Source: Phycisphaerae bacterium (GTDB taxonomy: Bacteria; Planctomycetota; Phycisphaerae; UBA1845). From it: 64,000 nucleotides of DNA. The notes beneath the pieces were generated by a model. The model had not been told where the DNA came from and searched no databases. It saw only the letters and a program-made list of their open reading frames with translations. The stretch is from the NCBI GenBank assembly GCA_022072505.1, contig JAJVHU010000010.1, forward strand, positions 174,170 to 238,169, given 5' to 3'. Made by a program: the position numbers and the translations under genes. The first letter of the stretch is position 1. Every line of letters starts with the position of its first letter. Shown here piece by piece: positions 35,582 to 44,290 of this stretch.

Positions 35582-36499
35582 TCACCGCCGCCGGGCGGCG
35601 ACAATGACGCCCGCCGAGCGGCACGTCCAGTACACCGTCGCCCCGTCGGGCGTCACCGCGACATCCACCGGGTCCGGGTCGCCCTCGTGGATGAGCGTGG
35701 TTTCACCCGTGTCCGGATCATGCCTCCAGATGCGGTTCATGCCGCCTTCGTCGCCCGGAACGCCCGGAGTCGGAAGCTCGGTGAAGTAGACGCGCCCCTC
35801 GCGGTCCACCGCAATCCCGCTCGGCATGTTCAAGTCGCGCAAAAGCAGCATGCGCTCTCCCCCGCGCGGCTGGTAGAGGATGACGCCTGCGGAGGTGCAG
35901 GTCCAGTAGGCCGTGCCGTCGTCGTCCACGGCGACGTCCGTGGGTTCGGGTTCGCCGGAACTGAGGTCGAAGACGGTGTTTCCGTCGTAAACGGAGACGC
36001 GGTTGCGTCCGCCGTTGTCGCCGTTGACGCCGGGGGTGGGGATTTGCGTGAAGGTCAGTTCGCCCGCCGCGGGGCCGCGGTCGGCGACGGCGATGCCGCT
36101 GGGATCCTCCAGCTCATTGAGCACGAGGCTGCGCTCGCCCCCGGAGAAGGTGAGAATGACGCCGGCGGACTTGCACGTCCAGTAAAGGGTCTTGCGTTTT
36201 GTGACGGCGATGTGCGTCGGTTCCGGCTCGCCGAACGTCAACTCGCGCAGGTTGCCGTTGCGGTGCAGGCGCATGACGCGGTTGCTTCCGCCGTTGTCGC
36301 CGTTGACGCCGGGCGTCGGAAGCTGGGTGAAGTACACGTTTCCCTTGTGATGCACGGCGATGCCCGTCGGGCGCTCCAGGCCGCGTGCGATGACGCTGAG
36401 TTCGTAGTCCTGCCCGGACGCCGGCGTCCGGGCGGCGAGGCACGCCGCCACGGCGATCCCCAACCCCAACCTGCTTGTCCCTGTGCTTCTTTGACGCAT
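35582..36499 (-). CDS. Secreted beta-propeller protein built from three ~90-aa double-blade repeats (NHL-like)
   Basis: Signal peptide. Three repeats of the form GIAV..(G)..YFT.LPTPGV.GD.GG.NRV....G.P.P..VAV...G..YWTC.SAGVI. Confidence 0.6.
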   Translation of the reverse strand: MRQRSTGTSRLGLGIAVAACLAARTPASGQDYELSVIARGLERPTGIAVHHKGNVYFTQLPTPGVNGDNGGSNRVMRLHRNGNLRELTFGEPEPTHIAVTKRKTLYWTCKSAGVILTFSGGERSLVLNELEDPSGIAVADRGPAAGELTFTQIPTPGVNGDNGGRNRVSVYDGNTVFDLSSGEPEPTDVAVDDDGTAYWTCTSAGVILYQPRGGERMLLLRDLNMPSGIAVDREGRVYFTELPTPGVPGDEGGMNRIWRHDPDTGETTLIHEGDPDPVDVAVTPDGATVYWTCRSAGVIVAARRR

Positions 36500-36688
36500 G
36501 TGACCGATCCTCCTGTTCTGATCCGGTTTCGCGGCCCGCCACTTCGGTGACGGGCGCTGCCCTTCCCTTAGTCGTGCGCGGAAGCGATCCCTTACAACCC
36601 GCGGAGGTTGTTTTCCGGTGTCGTGCCGACCGCGGTCGCCGCGGGACGGAAACCGTCATGAGTGGTAGGATCGGTTCGGAGCCGCGCG

Positions 36689-38923
36689 ATGAGAGTCTTT
36701 CTTGTACAACACTCGCACAGCGACCCGGGATACACGCACCCGCGCGACGAAGTCCGGCGTCATCAACTGCGCAACATCGCGCGGTCCGTCGCGTTCTCGC
36801 GGGAGGATCCGGAATACCGCTTCACGGTCGAGTGTTTCTGGATGATCGACGAGGCGCTGCGCCGGGGGTGTGCGCTGCCGGACGGTTTCATCGAGGCGGC
36901 GCGCGCCGGGCGGATCGGGCTGACCGCGACGTACCTGAACGGATCGGACCACCTCGACGCCGAGGACTACCGCAGGATGCTCAGGGTTGCGCGGCGCTTC
37001 TGCGACGAACACGCGATCCCGCTGCGGTCGGCGATGCAGTGCGACGTCAACGGCGTGAACGCTTGCATGCCGGACCTGCTGAACGAGGTCGGCGTGACGC
37101 GGATGTCGTTCGCGATCAACGATGAGCGCGGCGGCGCGCCCTTCACCCGCCCGAACGCCTTCCTCTGGCGCGGTCCGGGCGGCGGGAGGATCCTCGCGTA
37201 CAACGGGTTCGTGTACCTGCGGGCGAACGAATACGGCATGCACCGGGGGTTTGAGGCGTTCTGCGACGGGGCGCGGAGGCTGGCGGAGGATCTGGTGCGG
37301 GCGGGGCACACGCTTCCGGTCTGTCTGCTTCAGGGGTGCGGAACGTACGACGACAACGGGCTGGCTGCGCCGTGGATGGCGCGGATGGCGCGGGCGTGGC
37401 GGGAAAGCGCGGGGCAACGTGCGCGTGAAGACGCGCGAGGTTCCGCGGCGGCGGACGCGGGATCTCCGGCCGGCGGACGGGCGGAGGCGTTGTACCGGGA
37501 GTTCGAGTTCGTGCCCGCGACGATCGACGAGTTCTTCGACGCGCTGGAGGCGTGCGGCGCATCGTTCCCCGAGTACGCGGGAACCTGGCCGGACTGGTGG
37601 TCCGACGGGCTGGCGAGCGCCCCGCTGGAGTTGAAGCGGGCGTACGAGGCGCGGCGAACGCTGCGGGCGATCGAACCGCTGCTGGACGACGAGGACAAAG
37701 CGGTCGGAACGGTCTTTGAGGCGGCGCAGCGCGACGTCTGGATGTACCTGGAGCACACCTTCGGGAGCTGGCGCAGCGTGGGTGAGCCGGAAGCGCCGGA
37801 CTCGAAGCGACAGTGGGCGGACAAGTCGCGCCTGGCGCATCGCGCGGCGGAGGAGGCGGCGCTGCTCGCGGAGGACGTGCTGGCGGCGCGTGCGAACGCG
37901 GACGGCGCCGTTTGTTTTCCACCGGAGTGCAGAGACGCGCAGTACGTTGTTTCGCAGGTTCCGAGCGAAGACTTCCCCGAGTCCGGCGAGATCGTGTTTG
38001 AGTCGAACGCGGCTGACGTGCGGGCGTGGGTCATCGCGGCGAAGCGGCCGCAGACGATGGCGACGCTGATCACGTGGGCGAGGCCGTCCGGCGACCCTGT
38101 TGTCACGCTGCATCGCAAGGCGTTCATCCCCGGGCGATTCCGTCTCTCAAACCGGGTAAATCCGGCTCCCTCAATGTGGGGTCGCTGGACTCCCTCCGTG
38201 GTCTGCGAGCGCATCCGTGGTACGCGGCAGCAACTGCGCAACGGCGATCCGACCCTGCCGATCGATCGCGTTGCGGCGGAGGTGCAGTCGCATGTCATTG
38301 AGGACACTTCGCTGTGGAAGGGTCTGCGGTGCGGGCTTCGTGCTCCGGGATGGCGTGATCTTACGTTGACGTGCCGATCGTGGAACAACGGCGTAACGTT
38401 CGAATTCGTCGTCTCAGGGGTGATCGAGGCGCGCGAGGCGCCCCACGCAACGTTCCTCGCAATGACGCCCGTCGATCGCGCGGATGAAGTGTTTGCGGAG
38501 ACCGGGGGACACTGGCATCGCCCCGGCGTGGATGAGTTGCCGGGCGGCTGCCGGGACTGGCATGTCGTGCATCAGGGCGTCGAGATTCGCGGGCGGGACG
38601 GGATGAACGTCGCGGTCTGGTCGCCGGATGCGCCGGTGGTTCACTTCGGCGGGATCAACACGGGGCGCTGGGGGCGGGACGTTCATCCGCAGAACGGCGC
38701 GCTCGCCTTCTGCCTGTATCACAATTACTGGTATGTGAACTTTCCGGCGACGGCGCACGGGCGGATGACGTACCGCTTCCGGGTTGCGGCGGGTCAGGGG
38801 CTGGGCGCCCGGTCGTTGCTGGAGAGCTGGAGCCGTCCGTTTCTGGTGTTCGTGGACTCCCCGCGGGCGCGGGCGTTGCGGGAGCGCCGCCTCCCGCGTC
38901 TCGGCGGAGCGGTGATCGAGTGA
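36689..38923 (+). CDS. Glycoside hydrolase family 38-like protein (alpha-mannosidase-like)
   Basis: N-terminal MRVFLVQHSHSDPGYTHPRDEV resembles the GH38 metal-binding HxHxD start. Size and layout are consistent. Assignment is tentative. Confidence 0.55.
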   Translation: MRVFLVQHSHSDPGYTHPRDEVRRHQLRNIARSVAFSREDPEYRFTVECFWMIDEALRRGCALPDGFIEAARAGRIGLTATYLNGSDHLDAEDYRRMLRVARRFCDEHAIPLRSAMQCDVNGVNACMPDLLNEVGVTRMSFAINDERGGAPFTRPNAFLWRGPGGGRILAYNGFVYLRANEYGMHRGFEAFCDGARRLAEDLVRAGHTLPVCLLQGCGTYDDNGLAAPWMARMARAWRESAGQRAREDARGSAAADAGSPAGGRAEALYREFEFVPATIDEFFDALEACGASFPEYAGTWPDWWSDGLASAPLELKRAYEARRTLRAIEPLLDDEDKAVGTVFEAAQRDVWMYLEHTFGSWRSVGEPEAPDSKRQWADKSRLAHRAAEEAALLAEDVLAARANADGAVCFPPECRDAQYVVSQVPSEDFPESGEIVFESNAADVRAWVIAAKRPQTMATLITWARPSGDPVVTLHRKAFIPGRFRLSNRVNPAPSMWGRWTPSVVCERIRGTRQQLRNGDPTLPIDRVAAEVQSHVIEDTSLWKGLRCGLRAPGWRDLTLTCRSWNNGVTFEFVVSGVIEAREAPHATFLAMTPVDRADEVFAETGGHWHRPGVDELPGGCRDWHVVHQGVEIRGRDGMNVAVWSPDAPVVHFGGINTGRWGRDVHPQNGALAFCLYHNYWYVNFPATAHGRMTYRFRVAAGQGLGARSLLESWSRPFLVFVDSPRARALRERRLPRLGGAVIE

Positions 38924-38929
38924 GGATCG

Positions 38930-39658
38930 TCATTCCGGCGACCCGCGTTCCGAGGGCGCGGACGCCGCGCGGGCCGCGGCGATGAAGGCGCGGACCTGGT
39001 CGGCGTCCTTCCGCCCCGGCGCATGTTCCACGCCCGAGCTGACGTCGACGCCGGCGGGGCGGCATACGCGCACGGCTTCCGCGACATTTGCGGGCGTCAG
39101 ACCGCCGGCGAGGAGGATCGGCGGGGCGCTCTGGAGCAAGCCGCGATCTCGGGCCTCGACGAGTACGCTCCAGTCCGATCGGCGACCCGAGCCGCCGAGC
39201 AGAGGGGATGCCGTGTCAAGAAGCAGGAACTCCGCGCCGTCGTCCCGAGCCCGCGTTGCCGCGGCGGCGAGCGCGGCGACGGCCGCGGACCGAACCAACG
39301 ACGCGCAGGGTTCGGATGGCGCGGGCGGCGGCGCGAGGTGATGCACGGCGATCCAGGTGAGGCCGACATCGGAAAGGGCGTCGAGCGCCGGGCGCGACGG
39401 CGGTCCGTAAATCTGAAGGCGGCGCAGACCGAGCGCGGCCAGCGCGTCGGGGCATAATCCCGGGTCGCTGAGAGCTTCGGCGGCGACGAGGGCGACGGCG
39501 GTTTCACATCGACCGGTTTCCGCGAGAATCCGTCCGGCGACGTCGAGAGCGATCCGCCGGGGTCCGACGACCAGATTCAGCCCGAACCAGTCCGCGCCGG
39601 CTGCGAGGACCATCGCCGCGTCGTCCGGCGTCGTGATGCCGCATATTTTGATTTTCAT
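38930..39658 (-). CDS. trpF: Phosphoribosylanthranilate isomerase
   Basis: MKIKICGITTPDDAAMVLAAGADWFGLNLV..., later LLAGGLTPANVAEAV...GVDVSSGVE. Confidence 0.85.
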   Translation of the reverse strand: MKIKICGITTPDDAAMVLAAGADWFGLNLVVGPRRIALDVAGRILAETGRCETAVALVAAEALSDPGLCPDALAALGLRRLQIYGPPSRPALDALSDVGLTWIAVHHLAPPPAPSEPCASLVRSAAVAALAAAATRARDDGAEFLLLDTASPLLGGSGRRSDWSVLVEARDRGLLQSAPPILLAGGLTPANVAEAVRVCRPAGVDVSSGVEHAPGRKDADQVRAFIAAARAASAPSERGSPE

Positions 39659-40088
39659 CGTGGCGTCAGTTGTTGCGGGCGGCGGGCGGGCGTCGCTGAC
39701 CGTCGTCCGATACCGTCGTGGATTCCCGGCGACGGAGCAAGGCGACGGCGAAGTCGTCCTCCGCGGGGTCCGAAGATTGACCACGGCGGGGCCGCGCATA
39801 AAGTAGTTGCCCGAGCCTGACGACAACTGCCGGTGAAGCCCGGCTTGAAAGGGCGACGCGCCGGGCCGCTCGCGGGAACTGCGGACAGGCGTAGCCCGCT
39901 AACCGGGTTCTCCCGCGCGGCATCTTAGGGGGTATCCGGGACTTGGACGCTGTTTCAAAACCTCCGGGACAGGGCGGGAAAAGAACGCTTCCTTACGGGC
40001 GCGGCTCGGTTTTGCAACAGCGTCTTGGTCGGTTGCAGCCGCGTCCGACGGAAGGACCGGAGTCGGCGGCGTCAGGAGTCGGTGCAGC

Positions 40089-40892
40089 ATGAACACGTGG
40101 GTACGCAGAATCGGGTGCGGCTTGCTGGCGGCGGGGATGTTGCTCGGCGCGTCAGGCTGCGCGGATCCGGGCACACAGCGGCGCGAGAAGTTCGGCAAGA
40201 CGTTCTACCTCGACGGCGCGGGGAACTTGGGGTTCGGCGCGTCGGACGTGCCGTCGGGACTGCGCCGCGCGGGTTACCGTGGCGACGTCGAGATCTACAT
40301 GTGGACGACCTCGCTGAATCCGCTGGTGGATCAGCTCAACATTCCGGCGGCGCGGTTTCGGGCGTCGGTGCTGGCGGACAAGATCATCGCCTATCAGAAG
40401 CAGCATCCTGAGAATCAAATCAACGTCATTGCGCTGTCGGCGGGCACGGGGGTGGCGACGTGGGCGATCGAGGAGCTGAAAGGGCGGGCGAAGGTCAACA
40501 ACCTGATCCTGCTGGGGTCGTCGCTGTCGAATGACTACGACATGTCGACGGCGCTTCAGAATATGACAGGGCGGATTTACGTTTATTACTCGCCGAATGA
40601 CGCCGTCCTCGAGATCGTGAAGCTCGTGGGGACGATCGACGGCAAGCGCGGCGTCCCGTCCGTCGGGCAGGTGGGCCTGAAAGCGCCGCCGGGGCAGGAG
40701 AGCCGCATCGTCAACATCGGGTGGAACGAGGAGTGGACCCGCTTCGGCTGGGCGGGCACGCACACGGACTGCACGAGCGGGCAGTTCGTCCAGGTGCAGA
40801 TATCGAAGCACATCGTCGCACCGGTCGGCACGGCGTCCACCGGCGAGCGGCCGATCAACCCGCCGCGCAGCTACCGGGCGTCGAGCCGGTAG
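40089..40892 (+). CDS. Lipoprotein, alpha/beta-hydrolase-like (DUF900-type)
   Basis: Lipobox LLGASGC. Nucleophile-elbow-like INVIALSAGTGVA. Confidence 0.5.
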   Translation: MNTWVRRIGCGLLAAGMLLGASGCADPGTQRREKFGKTFYLDGAGNLGFGASDVPSGLRRAGYRGDVEIYMWTTSLNPLVDQLNIPAARFRASVLADKIIAYQKQHPENQINVIALSAGTGVATWAIEELKGRAKVNNLILLGSSLSNDYDMSTALQNMTGRIYVYYSPNDAVLEIVKLVGTIDGKRGVPSVGQVGLKAPPGQESRIVNIGWNEEWTRFGWAGTHTDCTSGQFVQVQISKHIVAPVGTASTGERPINPPRSYRASSR

Positions 40893-40963
40893 ACGGGGTT
40901 CGAGGGGGCGCAACCCGCCTTCATTGCACAAGGGCACGGACGACCGGATGATCGGGCGGCCTG

Positions 40964-41563
40964 ATGTCCGATCCACGCCGTCAACGTGCGTACGTGACTC
41001 GCGCCGGCGAGAAGCTCGCGACCGCCTTGCGCGCGTTTTCGCTGAATCCGGCGGGGCGGGTGTGCGCCGACCTGGGCAGCCACGAGGGGGGATTCGTGGA
41101 CTGCCTGCTGAAGCACGGGGCGGCGCGGGTTTACAGCGTGGACACCTCCTACGGCACGCTGGCGTGGGCGCTGCGGCGGGATCCGCGCGTCGTCGTCCTT
41201 GAGCGCACGAACGCGATGCATGTATCCTTGCCTGAGCGGATCGACCTGACGACGATCGACGTGGGCTGGACGCGGCTGGGGCTGGTCCTGCCGAATGTCG
41301 CGCGCTGGCTGAAACCCGGCGGGCGGGTCGTCGCGCTGGTGAAACCGCATTACGAGGCGGATCCGAGTCAATTACGCGGCGGCGTTCTCGACGAGCAGGC
41401 CGTCGAGTCGATCGTGGGCACGGTCCTGCATGCGGCGACGGAAGCGGGCTGGGACGTTCGTGGTTGCGTGGACAGTCCGCTGGTGGGTCACGGGGGCAAC
41501 CGGGAGGTGCTGGCGATGCTGGCGAGGTCGGGTGATCCGAACCCGTCACTGAATGCGTACTGA
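40964..41563 (+). CDS. TlyA/FtsJ-like SAM-dependent RNA methyltransferase lacking the S4 domain
   Basis: YVTRAGEKLATALRAFSLNPAGRVCADLGSHEGGFVDCLLKHGAARVYSVDTSYGTLAWALRRDPRVVVLERTNAMH matches the TlyA methyltransferase core. Confidence 0.7.
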   Translation: MSDPRRQRAYVTRAGEKLATALRAFSLNPAGRVCADLGSHEGGFVDCLLKHGAARVYSVDTSYGTLAWALRRDPRVVVLERTNAMHVSLPERIDLTTIDVGWTRLGLVLPNVARWLKPGGRVVALVKPHYEADPSQLRGGVLDEQAVESIVGTVLHAATEAGWDVRGCVDSPLVGHGGNREVLAMLARSGDPNPSLNAY

Positions 41564-41760
41564 AAGGAGAGAGTTACCCTCGAAAACAAGGCCTCGGTAT
41601 GATGATGATTCGGCGGTAGAACAAAGCCGCTGTTGCGCATTCTGCGGGTCATAGCGACAAAAGCCGCTTCCTGACCCTTGACATTGCTTCACGACGTCAA
41701 GGGCAGGCGGGGCGGCTCGGTTCCGCAGGAACACAGGAGTCGTTAATCGGAGAAAACCGC

Positions 41761-42207
41761 ATGTCTTACTCGGTGAAGCAGATTGAAGTGTGGGCGGGGG
41801 ACATCATGAACCGGCCTGGGGCGTTGGCGCGGGTGGTCGAGGGGCTCAGCGCGGCGGGGGCGGACCTGGAATTCATGGTGGCGCGGCGGGTGTCGGAGAA
41901 CACCAGCCGGGTGTTTCTCTCGCCGATCAAGGGCAAGAAGGTGAAGCAGGCGGCGACGGACGCCGGGCTGATGCCGGCGGCGAACATGCACACGGTGCGG
42001 ATCGAAGGTCCGGACAAGGCGGGGGTGGGCGCGGCGATCACCCGGGCGGTGGCGGCCGCAGGGGTGAACCTGCGCGGGGCGACGGCGGCGGTCATCGGGA
42101 AGAAGATGGTCGTGAACCTCGGCGTCGGCTCGGCGGAAGACGCGAAGAACGCGATCACCGCGGCGAAGCAGGCCTTGAAGAAAGGCAGCAAGAAGCGGTC
42201 GAAGTGA
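41761..42207 (+). CDS. ACT-domain (amino-acid-binding) protein
   Basis: Two ACT-like beta-alpha-beta-beta-alpha-beta blocks: VWAGDIMNRPGALARVVEGLSAAGADLEF and VRIEGPDKAGVGAAITRAVAAAGVNLRG. Confidence 0.6.
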   Translation: MSYSVKQIEVWAGDIMNRPGALARVVEGLSAAGADLEFMVARRVSENTSRVFLSPIKGKKVKQAATDAGLMPAANMHTVRIEGPDKAGVGAAITRAVAAAGVNLRGATAAVIGKKMVVNLGVGSAEDAKNAITAAKQALKKGSKKRSK

Positions 42208-42556
42208 CCCGCGATCCGGATTCCGGAATGACGGCGGAATTGTCCGGCACGTCGCGTCGCCGGTCGCCTTTGCGAAACTTGCGGACGGCTGACGCGTGGC
42301 TCGCAGACCGGATCCACCCGACGCGCCGCCCTCTTCGTCCACCTTTGTCTGATGGTGCTCCCCTTCCGACGCCCCGGCCAATGCCCCCGCCGCTGCGCCG
42401 GGAAGGATTTCAATAAAGTTCCGCTCGGGAACCGATCCCATCGTCGGACGTATCATGAAGTAACAGGTTGCCGACACCTGCACGCTGCTTCGGAGGATCT
42501 ACCACCAGGCGACGGTGCATCCTGAACGGGCATCAAGGGCGATCGGAGTGTTGCAC

Positions 42557-43114
42557 ATGCAACGAGACATGAACGTTCTCAGCAACCTTCGCGTCGCATC
42601 GCCGTGCCCGGCATCCTGGGCAAACATGACCGGCGATGACCGCAGCCGCTTCTGCGGCCAGTGCAACCTTCACGTTTACAATCTCTCCGACATGACCCGC
42701 GACGAGGCCGAAAGCCTCCTCCGCCAGCGCGAAGGCCGACTCTGCGTGCGGTACTACCAGCGCGCCGACGGCACGATCCTCACGCGGGACTGCCCGGTCG
42801 GGCTTCGCACGGTTCGGCAGCGCCTGGTGAATACCCTCGCCGGCGTCGCCGCCGCCCTCGGCCTCTTCATATCGGCCCTGACCGCTCTCGGCCGTGGGCG
42901 GCCGAAGCTCAGCAACTCCGACCTCGCCGAGCTTCAGCCGTTCAAGGCCATCCGCGACAAGCTCACGCCCGCGGTAACGACCGTGGCGCCGCCGACCCCG
43001 ACAAACTGGGACGGCGCCGTCCTGATGGGTCGGTTGGCTGCGCCGCCGACTCCGTTTCCCTTTGAACCGACTGGGGAGGGCGTGGAAGGCGACCCGGAAC
43101 CACGGCGGGAGTAA
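42557..43114 (+). CDS. Cys-rich (zinc-ribbon-like) single-pass membrane protein, paralogue A
   Basis: ASPCPASWANMTGDDRSRFCGQCNLHVYNLSDMTRDEAESLL...LCVRYYQRADGTILTRDCPVG, then TM helix LAGVAAALGLFISALTAL, then a Pro/Thr/Ala tail. Confidence 0.7.
   Translation: MQRDMNVLSNLRVASPCPASWANMTGDDRSRFCGQCNLHVYNLSDMTRDEAESLLRQREGRLCVRYYQRADGTILTRDCPVGLRTVRQRLVNTLAGVAAALGLFISALTALGRGRPKLSNSDLAELQPFKAIRDKLTPAVTTVAPPTPTNWDGAVLMGRLAAPPTPFPFEPTGEGVEGDPEPRRE
42641..42798 (+). repeat. 158-bp tract, copy 1, 100% identical to 43269-43426
   Basis: Base-by-base comparison of the two paralogues. Flanks differ at many positions. Confidence 0.9.
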
Positions 43115-43184
43115 CGCCTCGGATCCCAGGCAATACGCCCAAGATTTCCGCGTTTCCCTCGTGACAATGTCGTAGGAGCGATTC

Positions 43185-43805
43185 ATGCCGAAGAACCTCA
43201 GCCTGCTCGACCGCGTCCGTGTCGCCTCGCCCTGTCCGGCGTCCTGGGAAAATATGACCGGCGACGATCGCAGCCGCTTCTGCGGCCAGTGCAACCTTCA
43301 CGTTTACAATCTCTCCGACATGACCCGCGACGAGGCCGAAAGCCTCCTCCGCCAGCGCGAAGGCCGACTCTGCGTGCGGTACTACCAGCGCGCCGACGGC
43401 ACGATCCTCACGCGGGACTGCCCGGTGGGCCTGCGGGCGGTTCGCATCCGGCTCGTCAAGACCCTGGGCGCCGTCGCCGCGGTCGTGGGACTGCTTTTTT
43501 CGGCACTGACCGCCCTCGGTCGCGGGCGCGACACGACGTCCTCGGCGCGCCTTTCACGACTGCAGCCGTTCAGCGCCATCCGGGCGAAGCTCGCGCCGAC
43601 GGTTGCGACATTTGCGCCGCGCAATCCGCCGGCTATCATGGGTTCATTGGTTGGTTACGTCGACTCGGCAGCGCTGGACGAGATCGACGTGCTGAAAGCG
43701 CCGGATTCCCAGAAGTCGCACAACGTTGCGCCCGACCCGCCCCGCCGCCCGACCCGCCTCTGGCAAGACAAGTCGCGCCAAAAGGAACGGAGAAACGCCC
43801 GATGA
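43185..43805 (+). CDS. Cys-rich (zinc-ribbon-like) single-pass membrane protein, paralogue B
   Basis: Same N-terminal domain as paralogue A, then TM helix LGAVAAVVGLLFSALTAL. The tail is diverged. Confidence 0.7.
   Translation: MPKNLSLLDRVRVASPCPASWENMTGDDRSRFCGQCNLHVYNLSDMTRDEAESLLRQREGRLCVRYYQRADGTILTRDCPVGLRAVRIRLVKTLGAVAAVVGLLFSALTALGRGRDTTSSARLSRLQPFSAIRAKLAPTVATFAPRNPPAIMGSLVGYVDSAALDEIDVLKAPDSQKSHNVAPDPPRRPTRLWQDKSRQKERRNAR
43269..43426 (+). repeat. 158-bp tract, copy 2, 100% identical to 42641-42798
   Basis: Base-by-base comparison of the two paralogues. Confidence 0.9.
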
Positions 43806-44290
43806 TCCGCCTCGCCCTGGGACAGTTGTGCGTCTTCGTAACCGTCGTAGCGGTCAACGTCGGCATCTCGATCGAGCGAGGCCGGGGCGTCGGCGGGCGC
43901 GCCCTCGACGACCTCTTTACAATCGCCATCCTTCCCGTCGCCGCCGGCGTCATCGTGGCGGCGCTCGTCGACCACGTTCGGCCCCTCCGCATCCTGAGCC
44001 GCAGAGCGCCGGTCGGGGCAAGGCCGTTTCTCGTCGGCGTGTTCGCGTCTGTGATCACGATTCTGGTCGCCGGCGCTTACATCATGGTCGCGGATATCGC
44101 CGTGCCCGACGCCGCATTGCTGTGCGGCGTTCAGTCGCTGAGCCTCCTGATCATCCTGCTGACGGCGCGCCGCGTCTGGGCCGGGCGGTGCATTCGTTGC
44201 GACTACGATATCCGCGGGTCTCTGGACTCGGGACGCTGCCCCGAATGCGGGGCGGCGATTTCGTCGCTTCGGCGTTCCGCGGTCTACTGA
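43802..44290 (+). CDS. Multi-pass membrane protein with a C-terminal CxxC...CPECG zinc ribbon
   Basis: Four hydrophobic helices, then GRCIRCDYDIRGSLDSGRCPECGAAI. ATGA start/stop overlap with paralogue B. Confidence 0.6.
   Translation: MIRLALGQLCVFVTVVAVNVGISIERGRGVGGRALDDLFTIAILPVAAGVIVAALVDHVRPLRILSRRAPVGARPFLVGVFASVITILVAGAYIMVADIAVPDAALLCGVQSLSLLIILLTARRVWAGRCIRCDYDIRGSLDSGRCPECGAAISSLRRSAVY

Noticed and set aside
41675-41703. TTGACA-containing inverted repeat (CCCTTGAC-N13-GTCAAGGG) upstream of the ACT-domain gene, considered as a promoter
   Set aside because: There is no acceptable -10 element at 16-18 nt spacing. It may be an operator or RNA hairpin, but nothing in the sequence supports a specific call.
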